Assembly (NCBI GenBank): GCA_003142375.1
Contig: PLME01000005.1
Coordinates: 114,582 to 178,581 of the forward strand
Length of the DNA: 64,000 nucleotides
Origin: Dehalococcoidia bacterium
Lineage (GTDB): Bacteria > Chloroflexota > Dehalococcoidia > GIF9 > UBA5629
Reading direction: 5' to 3'
Shown here: piece after piece, positions 1 through 9,245 of the stretch
Numbering within the stretch: the first letter of the stretch is position 1
Layout: the number at the start of each line of letters is the position of its first letter
The notes under the pieces: model-generated
What the model saw: only the letters and a program-made list of their open reading frames with translations
Database searches by the model: none
Told to the model about the DNA's origin: nothing
Made by a program: the position numbers and the translations under genes

Positions 1-409
1 GCGCTGTCGGGATAGTATGCTGGGTGATAAAGTCTACCCAGGAGCCTTCGGCCCGCTGACCGCCCATCAACCTTGACATGGCGACTGCATGGAAGGAATA
101 TGTTGTGCCAGAAGTTAGCCCGGAGAGGCCAATACTGAAGCTGCCCGGCCCGCTCATCGTTTGCCGTGATGTGGACTGCCCGTCCGATGTCTCGAAAAAT
201 ACCTCGACCGTGCTGTAAGGTCCAATCGATCCCAGGTAGCCGTTCAATACCGCCGAAGATTCGGTAACGCTGGTGGCGCCGGATGTGGAAACCGCGATGC
301 TCTCTTCTCCTATAGGTCCGGGCATAGGTTCAACCTGGGCAAAGACGGGCGCGCCCGTCAGGGCAAGAAGGATTAAAGCGCAAAACGCAGCAGACAACCT
401 GTACAACAT
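1..409 (-). CDS. partial secreted protein (N-terminus only; the gene runs off the window start)
   Basis: Minus-strand ATG at about 407-409 with GGAGG 7 nt upstream (revcomp of 411-420). The frame is open with no stop down to position 2. The N-terminus MLYRLSAAFCALILLALTGAPVFA is a classic signal peptide. It is absent from the ORF track only because no stop lies inside the window. Confidence 0.5.
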   Translation of the reverse strand, partial: MLYRLSAAFCALILLALTGAPVFAQVEPMPGPIGEESIAVSTSGATSVTESSAVLNGYLGSIGPYSTVEVFFETSDGQSTSRQTMSGPGSFSIGLSGLTSGTTYSFHAVAMSRLMGGQRAEGSWVDFITQHTIPTA

Positions 410-717
410 ATTGTCCTCCACAAGCATTAATATTGGACCTTAAACCCGGCCCGGTTACATGGCAGCTCAACCGGGTCAAGTTATGATACTATTGTGCCTT
501 GAACCAGATTTTATTTCAATGGGTTTCCCTACATTCGCAATCCATCATACCGTAGAGCGGCTTTTGAGTGTCAATCACCTTTTAGTACCATGACCGGTTC
601 AAGCAGGCTGCCATCGAAAATTGTACTTGGTTTTGAAGCGGTGCTAAAATTTGTCGCAATGCGTTCATTGGCGCCGTTTATACGATCCCCATATAAATAA
701 CAGTGAAGGAATCCCGT

Positions 718-1563
718 ATGAAAATATTTATTTCGCATAGCAGATTTATATCCCTTTTTGGGCTTTTATTGATTGTTCTCCTGCTGGTTATCTCTGTAAC
801 CGGCTGTCAATCATCGGCACCGCAGGGTTATAAAGGCGATCCGGAGGCCGTCCAGTTGAATGAGCTCGGGATCAAGTTCTATAACGGGGGGTTTTACGAT
901 AAGGCGTCCCTGAATTTCGGCAAGGCTATGAAGATCGACCCCGGCAACCCGGCGATCTGGTTCAATAACGGCCAGGCCCTGGATGCGATGAAAAAATACG
1001 ATGAGGCCATTGACTCTTATAACCAGGCCATCAAGCTGGACCCCAATTTCGCCGATGCCTATGCCAACAGGGCTCTTTCCTACTATGACAAGGAAGAATA
1101 CGACCAGGCGCTGGACAGCATCAATAAAGCCATAAATATAAACGGCAATGTGGCAAGGTACTGGAATACCAAGGGGCTTATTTTGTTCGTGCAGAACAAA
1201 TTCAATGAGTCGATTGACAGCTATCAGAAAGACGTTTCGATAGACCCGGGCAATGCGGATGCCTGGACGATGCTGGCCAATGCCCAGATAAGCGCCAAGA
1301 AATATGATAATGCCATAGCTTCCTGCGATAAAGCCCTTTCCATTGATCAGGCCAATGCTCAGGCCTGGGGCTACAGGGCCGGGGCGCTTTATGAGCTGAG
1401 AAGGTATGATGAAGCCCTGATAGCATTCGATAAGGGGCTGGCCATACAGCCGAATAACCCGGCCCTCTGGTACAGCAAAGGTGTCACGCTGGAAACTTTG
1501 AAACGCAACACTGAAGCTCAAAAATGCTACGATAAGGCGAGGTCGCTGGGCTACCAGTTCTAA
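718..1563 (+). CDS. TPR-repeat lipoprotein
   Basis: Track ORF 703..1563 starts at GTG. An in-frame ATG at 718 is preceded by GAAGGA. Signal peptide plus lipobox (VTGC). Tandem TPR-like units (A..Y..AI.LDP.). Confidence 0.75.
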   Translation: MKIFISHSRFISLFGLLLIVLLLVISVTGCQSSAPQGYKGDPEAVQLNELGIKFYNGGFYDKASLNFGKAMKIDPGNPAIWFNNGQALDAMKKYDEAIDSYNQAIKLDPNFADAYANRALSYYDKEEYDQALDSINKAININGNVARYWNTKGLILFVQNKFNESIDSYQKDVSIDPGNADAWTMLANAQISAKKYDNAIASCDKALSIDQANAQAWGYRAGALYELRRYDEALIAFDKGLAIQPNNPALWYSKGVTLETLKRNTEAQKCYDKARSLGYQF

Positions 1564-1682
1564 TTTTACACATGTCTCTTTCACTACCATTTTTTCTACC
1601 TGTCGTGTTACCCTATTAATGGAGGTTCTATGAGAACCGGCGATGCCGCGGGGCAGCGTCCCGGTGCTGGAAAAATGTGCTT

Positions 1683-2258
1683 ATGGATACACCTGAACTT
1701 CACGTAACTGAAGAGAACGGCCGAAGAAAGCTGGATATCGATATCAGGGATATGGGTGTGGATGACATACCCGCGGTCTTTCACCTGGGCGAGCAGGTCT
1801 TTACAGCCGATAAAACTCCCACTCTTTATCGTACCTGGGATGAATTCGAAGTCGTTTCCATGTTCAACGCCGATACCGATTACTGCCTCGTGGCTGAGCT
1901 CGAGGACCAGATCATCGGCTTCACCCTGGGCAATGTGGTGGAAAAAAAGAAATCAGCCTGGAAGTACGGCTATGTCGTGTGGCTGGTGGTATCCCCCGAG
2001 TTTCAGAGAATCGGCGTCGCCAGCAGGCTTTTCAATAAGCTAACCGATAAAATGGTTGAAGATGGGGTGCGCATGTTTCTGGTAGATACGGAGGCGGACA
2101 ACCTGCCCGCACTTCAATTCTTCCGTTCCAGAGGCTTCGGCAATCCCCAGCAGCATATTTACATGACCTATAACCCGGCTACCATTGAGCAGCAAAAGGA
2201 AAAGAAGCGTGGTTCGAGAGGCAAGAAAAATGGGAACGACCACAGGCGCAACAGCTGA
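1683..2258 (+). CDS. GNAT family N-acetyltransferase
   Basis: Track ORF 1677..2258 (GTG); first ATG at 1683. Acetyl-CoA-binding motif A (QRIGVASRLF) and the beta-strand pattern typical of GNAT. Confidence 0.7.
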   Translation: MDTPELHVTEENGRRKLDIDIRDMGVDDIPAVFHLGEQVFTADKTPTLYRTWDEFEVVSMFNADTDYCLVAELEDQIIGFTLGNVVEKKKSAWKYGYVVWLVVSPEFQRIGVASRLFNKLTDKMVEDGVRMFLVDTEADNLPALQFFRSRGFGNPQQHIYMTYNPATIEQQKEKKRGSRGKKNGNDHRRNS

Positions 2259-3345
2259 AGTACAGCCGGAAAGGCTGAAAAAGCTCCTCAAGGATATGGT
2301 GGATATCTACAGCCCCTCCGGCAAGGAGGAGGAGATACTCCAGTTCAGCGAGGACTATCTCAAGGCGGCCGGCCTCAAAGTTAAACGGCAGACTGTGGAT
2401 GAGAACCGCTATAACATCGTGGTATTGCCCCCCAAGACCGATGAGGTCGATCTTTGCTTCGTGGGCCATCTGGATACCGTGACGGCCCATGACCTGGACG
2501 ATTTCGGCTTTTATGAGGAGGAAGAGAAGGTCTTCGGCCTGGGCAGCTCGGATATGAAAGCCGGCTGTGCGGCCATGATCGAGGCCTTTGCTGTTCTTGC
2601 CCAGAAGATGAGCCGTTTTCCCTCCGTAGGGCTGGCGTTGGTAGTGGGTGAAGAGGAGGAGAGCGACGGCGCCAAGACCCTGGTGCGTGAATACCGCTTC
2701 CCCTGGGCGGTTGTCGCCGAGCCTACCAATATGGTTCCCTGCCTGGGCCACTATGGCTACCTTGAGGTGCTGCTGCGCACGCGTGGCAAGAAAGCGCATT
2801 CCTCCATGCCCGAGTTGGGCCAGAACGCCATCGAGAGCATGCTCAAACTGCTGCTGGATGTGACGGGGTATGCCACCTCTGTATCCAGCGGGCTGGTTTA
2901 CAATATACGTCAACTTTCGGGCTTCCCAGGCGGCTTCGTGGTGCCGGATACCTGCGAAGCCTGGCTGGATTTGCACTTGCCTCCCGATTCCCGCATGGAT
3001 GTGCTTAAAGCGGAGCTGGAGGAGCTGGTGGAGAATGCAGGCCGGGAGATAAAAGCACTGGACGCCTACATACGCTTCGAAAATACACAGTCGGGGTACC
3101 GTATATCTCAGGAGAGGCCGCTGGTACGCAAGCTGCGTGAGGTATGCAAGGCCATGAAAATTGCCTGGGAGACACAGGACTTCCGCAGCCATTCGGATGG
3201 CAATGTGCTGTGGGGAGCGGGCGTCGACCCTATAATACTGGGACCCGGACGGCTGGAGACGGCGCACACGCCGGAGGAGTCGGTCAACTTCAACCAGGTG
3301 GTGCAGGCGGCGCAGCTATACCTCAATTTTGCCCTGGCGTTGTAA
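2230..3345 (+). CDS. M20 family metallopeptidase / deacylase (ArgE/DapE-like)
   Basis: Motifs GHLDTV, SSDMKAG and EEEESDGAK (metal ligands of M20 peptidases). The internal ATG at 2230 avoids overlap with the upstream gene. Confidence 0.75.
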   Translation: MGTTTGATAEVQPERLKKLLKDMVDIYSPSGKEEEILQFSEDYLKAAGLKVKRQTVDENRYNIVVLPPKTDEVDLCFVGHLDTVTAHDLDDFGFYEEEEKVFGLGSSDMKAGCAAMIEAFAVLAQKMSRFPSVGLALVVGEEEESDGAKTLVREYRFPWAVVAEPTNMVPCLGHYGYLEVLLRTRGKKAHSSMPELGQNAIESMLKLLLDVTGYATSVSSGLVYNIRQLSGFPGGFVVPDTCEAWLDLHLPPDSRMDVLKAELEELVENAGREIKALDAYIRFENTQSGYRISQERPLVRKLREVCKAMKIAWETQDFRSHSDGNVLWGAGVDPIILGPGRLETAHTPEESVNFNQVVQAAQLYLNFALAL

Positions 3346-3450
3346 TGTGTATTATGTGTGTCCTGTTTGCGGTTATACGGTGGGGAAAAATGTGCCCGAC
3401 CTGTGCCCGGTCTGCGCCACCAAGGGCAAGCTGTTCAAGAAAATAGACTA
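3346..3450 (+). CDS. rubredoxin-like Cys4 zinc-ribbon mini-protein (34 aa)
   Basis: Hand translation from GTG 3346 gives VYYVCPVCGYTVGKNVPDLCPVCGATKGKLFKKID*. It has two CPVCG knuckles, as in rubredoxin/rubrerythrin C-terminal domains. It starts on the codon right after, and in the same frame as, the TAA stop of the M20 gene. It is shorter than the ORF-track cutoff. Confidence 0.4.
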
Positions 3451-3520
3451 AGCTCCCCCCCAACTATCCCATGAAACCACGTGAGCCATTGACATGGACT
3501 GATACGATGGTACAATATGT

Positions 3521-3724
3521 ATGTTGGGAGGCAGAAGAGGTTTGCCCGGGAATAAGAAAGCTAGAAATAAACGCCTTTCTTGTTTGTTATATCTTTTAGC
3601 AGCTTCAGCATTAGGTGTGGCAGGGCCAATATTTCTGACTTTACCCTATGAGCAGAAATGGTTTGCTGTTATTCCAATTATATTGTTCATAGTTTTTATA
3701 TTCTTTGCTCCTGAATATGATTGA
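3521..3724 (+). CDS. small hypothetical membrane protein (basic N-terminus, two TM helices)
   Basis: ORF-track entry in an AT-rich intergenic island. The N-region is basic and followed by two hydrophobic helices. No recognisable RBS. Confidence 0.25.
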   Translation: MLGGRRGLPGNKKARNKRLSCLLYLLAASALGVAGPIFLTLPYEQKWFAVIPIILFIVFIFFAPEYD

Positions 3725-3823
3725 GCCAGATAGGGTGAGGCACGTGGCTTGAAGGGATACTTACCTTAAAAAATTGTAATTTGTTTTGTATTTAGGTTTG
3801 GGGTTTAGAATTTCCCGCAGGGG

Positions 3824-4717
3824 TTAGACCTTCTCGTCGCTCATGATATCCAGGTAGATATCTTCCAGGGCGGACTGTGTGATAGCCAGGTCAACCAGCG
3901 CCCAGTCGTTATCCGATATCTTGCGCAACAGGTTGGCCATCTCCTCTATATTGGAGGTCTTGACGCTGTAGTTGCCGTCCTTGCGGGGATAGTCGAGGTT
4001 GAATTCCGATTTGAAAACTATCTCGAACTCGCGACGCCCCAGACTCTTGCGAAGGTTATCCATTGTATCGAATACCATCAGCTTGCCGCGTTTTAAGATG
4101 GCTATGCGGTTGCAGATATACTCGACGTGGAATAGGTTATGGGCGCTGAGGATGATGGTCTTGCCCTCCTGGGGCAGCCTTTTCAGGTAGTCGATGATAA
4201 AGAAGGATGTCAGGGGATCCAGGCCCGTGTTAGGCTCGTCCAGTATCAGAAGCTCGGGATCGTGTATCAAGGTTCGGGCTATGGATACTTTGCGTTTCAT
4301 GCCCTTGGACATCTCGCCAATCAGCTTTTTGCCCGCCTCCAGCTTCAGCGAATCAAGTAGCGCCTCGCCTCGCTCGGAGGCCTTTTTGCGGGGCATGCCG
4401 TAGATATCGGCGAAGAAACCCAGGTATTCCTGGGCGGTCATGTTTTCGTAGAGAGGGTTTTCCTCCGGCAGGTAGCCCAGGTACTTCTTGATTTTAAGCC
4501 CGTTTTTCTGGATATCCTGTCCCATCACAGTCAGGGAGCCGCTCGTGGGGGCGATCAGCCCCACCATCATCTTGAGGGTAGTGGTCTTGCCAGCGCCGTT
4601 GTGCCCGATGATACCTACGATCTCACCGCGGTTAACGGCCAGATCGAGCTCATCTACAGCGGCGAAGCTGCCGTAGTATTTGGAGATTTTATCCAGTTTG
4701 ACGATCGTTTCTCGCAT
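3824..4717 (-). CDS. ABC transporter ATP-binding protein
   Basis: Walker A GHNGAGKTT, signature MSKGMKRKVSIA and Walker B LILDEPNTGLD. The track ORF runs to 4750 from TTG; the ATG (MRETIVKL...) is at 4717. Confidence 0.85.
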   Translation of the reverse strand: MRETIVKLDKISKYYGSFAAVDELDLAVNRGEIVGIIGHNGAGKTTTLKMMVGLIAPTSGSLTVMGQDIQKNGLKIKKYLGYLPEENPLYENMTAQEYLGFFADIYGMPRKKASERGEALLDSLKLEAGKKLIGEMSKGMKRKVSIARTLIHDPELLILDEPNTGLDPLTSFFIIDYLKRLPQEGKTIILSAHNLFHVEYICNRIAILKRGKLMVFDTMDNLRKSLGRREFEIVFKSEFNLDYPRKDGNYSVKTSNIEEMANLLRKISDNDWALVDLAITQSALEDIYLDIMSDEKV

Positions 4718-4749
4718 TATCTTACCGGTCGAGTATAGAATATCAGGCA

Positions 4750-6564
4750 ATGCGCAATGTTCTGATTATAGCAGGTCGGGAGATAATGCGCCTGCGGGCC
4801 CGCTTCGGCGGCAAGATGATCACGGCTGTGCTTATACTGGCAGCTTGTGCAGCAGGCGTCTCATTCATGGTTTTCCAACAGGGTATGGTACTGGCCAAGG
4901 ACTTCTATATAATAGGGGTTTCCCCCAATGCGCCGATATTGGACGATCAGCGCTTCCACATCGTGCAGGTTCCCATCGCTGACAGCGCCCAGGTGCTTAA
5001 GGATAAGCGAATAGACGTTTACCTGACCGGCGCGTCGCTTTACTATCGTAATGATGACCGCTCGCAGTATGCTGCGGGTGCCATGAAGACTTACCTGGGA
5101 AAGCGTGAAATTGCCCTGCTGGCCCAAAATTACCCGCTCAACCAGGCCTTCCCTTTGAGGGTGGAGATCAACTACCTTAAAGCGCCTGCCACGGATATCG
5201 GCTCGGCTTCGCCATTGACGCTGGCCGACATCCTGAGCAAGGCCGCCAAGGAGAAGGCGGCCGCTTCTCCGCCGACCGGAGGCGACATCACGGAAGGCGC
5301 CGGCTCCCAGCCCTTGCCGCCCGGGGAAGCCATTCCCAACGAGACCGATGAGATGGTCCGCCAGCAGCTCCAGGGGCTGCAGAGCGCCAAGCTGATACCT
5401 GAGTTCAAGGCCGAGTTTGCCGGCCAGGGGGAGGTAATAGTACCCTCACTGATGAGCCCGCCCATCCCGCTGGCCCAGGTGATGCTGGCCTTTGCCTATA
5501 TATTGCCTATCTTCTTCATCAGCATCTTTTTCACCAGCGGCTTTTTGGAAGAGAAGCTGGATCGCAAGCTCAATATCCTGCTCTCCGCTCCCATAAGCCC
5601 ATTTCAGATCATTATCGGCAAGATGCTGCCCTATATAGGCTACTCGCTGCTTATCGTGATCCTTATTACACTGGTGCTGCACGGCAACCTGCTGCTGGCA
5701 CTGGCCATCTTTTTCCCTGTCATACTCTTCATCTTCGCCATCTATTTAGGAGTAGCCCTACAGTACCGCACCTTCAAGGACCAGACCTTCTTCTCGCTGG
5801 TGGCGGTGACGGGCATCACCGGCTACCTGGTTTTCCCGGCCATGTTCGTAGGAATCAACGATTTGAGCTACGTATCCCCGCTCACCCTGGCGGTGCAGAT
5901 GTACCGCGGTGTGGATATTACCCCGTACCAGTACATGCTCTCCACGGTGCCCATGCTGCTCATCTTCGTGCTGGCTGTAACGGTGGGCAGTCGTGTCTTC
6001 AATGAGGAATACTTGCTCAGCTTCCGGCCGCTGCATGTCAAGATACGCGATGCCATCTATTACGCCATGAACAAGAGCCATTTGGCGATATCAACCGCTA
6101 TCTTCTCACTACTCTTCATCCCGGTGGTCTTCATGGTGGAAATGGGCGTCATCACCATATCCTTCAACCTGCCTAAGGCGCTGGCCCTGGGCTTCAGCCT
6201 CTTCATCTGCGTGATCATCGAGGAAATCGCCAAATCTCTGACGGTGGTGGTAACCATCGAGCACAGGCTGGTTAAACGCTGGTTCCAGGTGCTCGTCCTG
6301 GCGCTGGTCTCGGCCGCCTTCTTCTTCATAGGCGAAAAGCTTCTATTGTTTATGTCGCTCAAGGTCATCTCCGAATCGCTTTTCACCACTGCCGTATTCG
6401 CCGGCAATATGCTGTGGATACCGCTGCTGGTGCATATGGGCTGCACTTCGGCCGTCTGCCTGATAACCTGGAAAACGGGCCTCAAGGGCTACCCGCTGGC
6501 GGTGCTGGTCGGCTCCCTTCTGCACGGCCTGTATAACCTGTCGCTGATAGGGGTGTTCAAATGA
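4750..6564 (+). CDS. ABC-2-type permease-like polytopic membrane protein with C-terminal CPBP-like domain
   Basis: N-terminal TM helix, a Pro/Gly-rich extracytoplasmic linker, then six TM helices typical of ABC-2 permeases. The last ~170 aa carry EEIAKS and HGLYN, which resemble CPBP motifs 1 and 3. Confidence 0.55.
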   Translation: MRNVLIIAGREIMRLRARFGGKMITAVLILAACAAGVSFMVFQQGMVLAKDFYIIGVSPNAPILDDQRFHIVQVPIADSAQVLKDKRIDVYLTGASLYYRNDDRSQYAAGAMKTYLGKREIALLAQNYPLNQAFPLRVEINYLKAPATDIGSASPLTLADILSKAAKEKAAASPPTGGDITEGAGSQPLPPGEAIPNETDEMVRQQLQGLQSAKLIPEFKAEFAGQGEVIVPSLMSPPIPLAQVMLAFAYILPIFFISIFFTSGFLEEKLDRKLNILLSAPISPFQIIIGKMLPYIGYSLLIVILITLVLHGNLLLALAIFFPVILFIFAIYLGVALQYRTFKDQTFFSLVAVTGITGYLVFPAMFVGINDLSYVSPLTLAVQMYRGVDITPYQYMLSTVPMLLIFVLAVTVGSRVFNEEYLLSFRPLHVKIRDAIYYAMNKSHLAISTAIFSLLFIPVVFMVEMGVITISFNLPKALALGFSLFICVIIEEIAKSLTVVVTIEHRLVKRWFQVLVLALVSAAFFFIGEKLLLFMSLKVISESLFTTAVFAGNMLWIPLLVHMGCTSAVCLITWKTGLKGYPLAVLVGSLLHGLYNLSLIGVFK

Positions 6565-7595
6565 GGGGCTTTATGGCCATGGTCTGGCGCGAGATGAAGG
6601 CGCTGCGCAAGGAAAAGACCATCATGTTCGCCATCCTCATTCAGCTTTTCATAGCCTCCTTCTCGTCGGTCATACTGCTGGGCATCATGGTCTATTATGA
6701 CCCCGGTTCCATAAGTCAGAACTCGCAGGTCGGACTTGACGTGGGCGTGATCGGTAATCATAACAGCATGTTAATTAAGTACCTGGTGGACCGCAATTAC
6801 CGTGTGCGGATTTACGACGATGCTTCACGTGCAGAGGCATCCTTTAAGGCCGGTAGGCTGGACGCCATAGTAATCCTGCCCGATTCGGATAAAGGCGTGG
6901 TGAATATGAAGCTGGTGCTGCCGGACATGGATGCCCAGGCCACGCTGGCGCTGATGCTGCTTAAGGATCCCATGGAGCGCTATGAAAACTACCTTCGCGA
7001 TCAGGAGGGGGTTACGCTCAGGTATCACGATGTCCAGGGTAAGCCCTTCACTACCTACGAGTTTCTGTATACGCTCATCATTCCCATTTTGATGTTCTTC
7101 CCGGCCTTCATTGCAGGCAGTATGGTGATCGACTCAATCTCGGAGGAGGTGGAAAACAAGACCCTGGATACACTGCTTTCGGCGCCCGTATCCATCAACT
7201 ATATCACCGGCGCCAAGATCATAGCCTCGGTGGTGGTGGGCGCCTTTCAATGCATACTCTGGATTGTGCTGCTGGGCTTCAACGGCTTCAGCATCCAGAA
7301 TGCCGGTTGGATATTGTTGCTGTCGATCATGATCACGGGCATAATTGCCATCCTGGCGCTGCTGGTGGCGCTGGTCTTCCGCGACCGGGAGAGGTCGCAG
7401 TTCATTTACTCACTGGTGATACTGGTGCTCTTCGCACTAACCTATTTCATCAGCCCCTCGCCCTTTGCCCTGGTGGCCCGCCTGGCCACGGCAGACCCCT
7501 ATGTGGGTGCAACCCAACTGATAATTTATTTTGTCATGCTGGCCGTTCTGGTTGCAGCTACTCCCTTCGTCACCAGAAAATTGATGAGCAACTGA
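6561..7595 (+). CDS. ABC-2 family transporter permease
   Basis: ATGA overlap with the upstream gene. N-terminus MVWREMKALRKEKTIMFAILIQLF is characteristic of ABC-2 permeases. Six TM helices. Confidence 0.7.
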   Translation: MRGFMAMVWREMKALRKEKTIMFAILIQLFIASFSSVILLGIMVYYDPGSISQNSQVGLDVGVIGNHNSMLIKYLVDRNYRVRIYDDASRAEASFKAGRLDAIVILPDSDKGVVNMKLVLPDMDAQATLALMLLKDPMERYENYLRDQEGVTLRYHDVQGKPFTTYEFLYTLIIPILMFFPAFIAGSMVIDSISEEVENKTLDTLLSAPVSINYITGAKIIASVVVGAFQCILWIVLLGFNGFSIQNAGWILLLSIMITGIIAILALLVALVFRDRERSQFIYSLVILVLFALTYFISPSPFALVARLATADPYVGATQLIIYFVMLAVLVAATPFVTRKLMSN

Positions 7596-7751
7596 TAAAA
7601 TTCCAAATTTGATTGGAATTTGAATTTTGACAGTTGCAATTATCACCTCGAAAACCCGTATTGACAACCATCACTCATTGGTCTAAAGTACGCAAAAAGA
7701 TACCCTGTATCCCGCAATGGCGGAGCGTGGCTGAAGGAGACGTGAAGAAAA

Positions 7752-9245
7752 ATGTCCCCCATTTTATCCAAGACCAGCTTCCTGTACGGCCTGCAGTGCC
7801 ATAAGTACCTTTGGACGCAGTTGCATGACCAGAAAAGCATCCCGCGGGCCGATGCCGCCATGCAGTTCATCTTCGACCAGGGTCATGAGGTCGGCGATCT
7901 GGCCAGGAAGCTCTTCCCCGACGGCATCAATGTCCCGACGGATGACTTTGCCGCCAACACACGGATCACGCGGGAAAATTTAGGCGGGGACAAACCGCTT
8001 TTCGAGCCCGGTATCTCAGCGGGGAATCTCTATTGCCGTGTGGACATACTCAACCCCGCCGGCGACGGCGCCTGGGACATCATCGAGGTCAAGAGTGTCA
8101 CCAGCGTAAAGGACGTCAATATCTGGGATGTAGCCTTTCAGAGGCAGTGCTGTGAGAACGCCGGCCTAAAAATCCGCAATTGCAAAGTAGCCTATATCAA
8201 CACGCGTTACGTAAGGCACGGCGAGATAGACCCGCACCAGCTTTTTATCATCGAGGATATCACCGGCAGGGTCAACGAATACGGCGATACTTTAAAAGAT
8301 AAAACAGACGAGATACTGGATGTTATGGGCAGGACGCAGTGCCCGGAAGTGGGTATTGGGCCGCACTGCAACGCTCCTTACGAATGTCCGCTGCAGGGGG
8401 CATGCTGGGCTTTCCTGCCGGAGCACAGTATCTTCGACCTTTACTGGGGCGGCAAAAAGCGCTACGAGCTGTTTGAAAGCGGGGTCGTCAATATCCTCGA
8501 TATACCCGAGGACTGCGGGCTGAACGGCAAGCAGCAGATACAGGTCAGATGTGTTGCCAGCGGCGAGCCGCACGTGGACAGGGAGGGCATCCGCAGCTTC
8601 CTCAATTCTCTGGAATATCCGGTATACTATCTTGATTTCGAGACCTTCAGCACGGCCATTCCGCTTTTCGACGGCACGCGTCCCTATCAGCAGATACCCT
8701 TTCAGTTTTCCCTGCATGTGGCAGAGAAAAGGGAAGGGGAAGTAAAGCACTATGGCTACCTGGCCGAAGGCAGGGGCGACCCCCGACCGCGACTGGTGGA
8801 GGCGCTAAGAAAAGAGTTGGGAGATAAGGGCAGCATCGTGGCTTACTATGCCCCTTTTGAGAAGCAGGTGCTGTCGGAGCTGGCCGACGCCTTCCCTTCT
8901 TGCAGGGAGTGGGTTGATGGGTTACAGGGCCGGATTCTCGATCTGCTCAAGCCCTTCAGCAGCTTCTATTACTATCATCCGGAACAGAGGGGCAGCGCCT
9001 CGCTTAAAAAGGTGTTGCCGGCACTGACCGGGATCAGCTACGATGACCTGGATATCAACGACGGTAAGTTAGCTGGGGTGGCTTTCATGGCGGCAACCTA
9101 TAGCAGCGATGATGAACAGGAACGGTTGAAGATCAGGCATGGCCTGGAGGAATACTGCGGGCAGGATACCGGTGGAATGGTGGAGATCATCAAAAAGCTC
9201 GATGACATGACGGGCAAGGAATATCAGAACCCGTTGCCGCTATAG
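7752..9245 (+). CDS. DUF2779-type nuclease (Cas4/RecB-like PD-(D/E)XK N-domain plus DEDD-like exonuclease C-domain)
   Basis: N-terminal ...D..IIEVKS motif with a four-Cys cluster (QCPEVGIGPHCNAPYECPLQGAC). C-terminal YYLDFETF, YYAPFEKQ and YCGQD resemble DEDD exonuclease motifs I-III. Confidence 0.6.
   Translation: MSPILSKTSFLYGLQCHKYLWTQLHDQKSIPRADAAMQFIFDQGHEVGDLARKLFPDGINVPTDDFAANTRITRENLGGDKPLFEPGISAGNLYCRVDILNPAGDGAWDIIEVKSVTSVKDVNIWDVAFQRQCCENAGLKIRNCKVAYINTRYVRHGEIDPHQLFIIEDITGRVNEYGDTLKDKTDEILDVMGRTQCPEVGIGPHCNAPYECPLQGACWAFLPEHSIFDLYWGGKKRYELFESGVVNILDIPEDCGLNGKQQIQVRCVASGEPHVDREGIRSFLNSLEYPVYYLDFETFSTAIPLFDGTRPYQQIPFQFSLHVAEKREGEVKHYGYLAEGRGDPRPRLVEALRKELGDKGSIVAYYAPFEKQVLSELADAFPSCREWVDGLQGRILDLLKPFSSFYYYHPEQRGSASLKKVLPALTGISYDDLDINDGKLAGVAFMAATYSSDDEQERLKIRHGLEEYCGQDTGGMVEIIKKLDDMTGKEYQNPLPL

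Noticed and set aside
811-3267. Long antisense ORFs in the track (811..1590 -, 2179..3267 -, 5758..6485 - and similar)
   Set aside because: They lie entirely within, and opposite to, well-supported genes with clear domains. They have no RBS and give low-complexity translations typical of GC-rich shadow frames.
4718-4750. Track start of the ABC ATPase at 4750 (TTG), sharing a nucleotide with the divergent permease start
   Set aside because: An in-frame ATG at 4717 gives the conserved N-terminus (MRETIVKLDKISKYYG) and removes the overlap. The shorter model is preferred.
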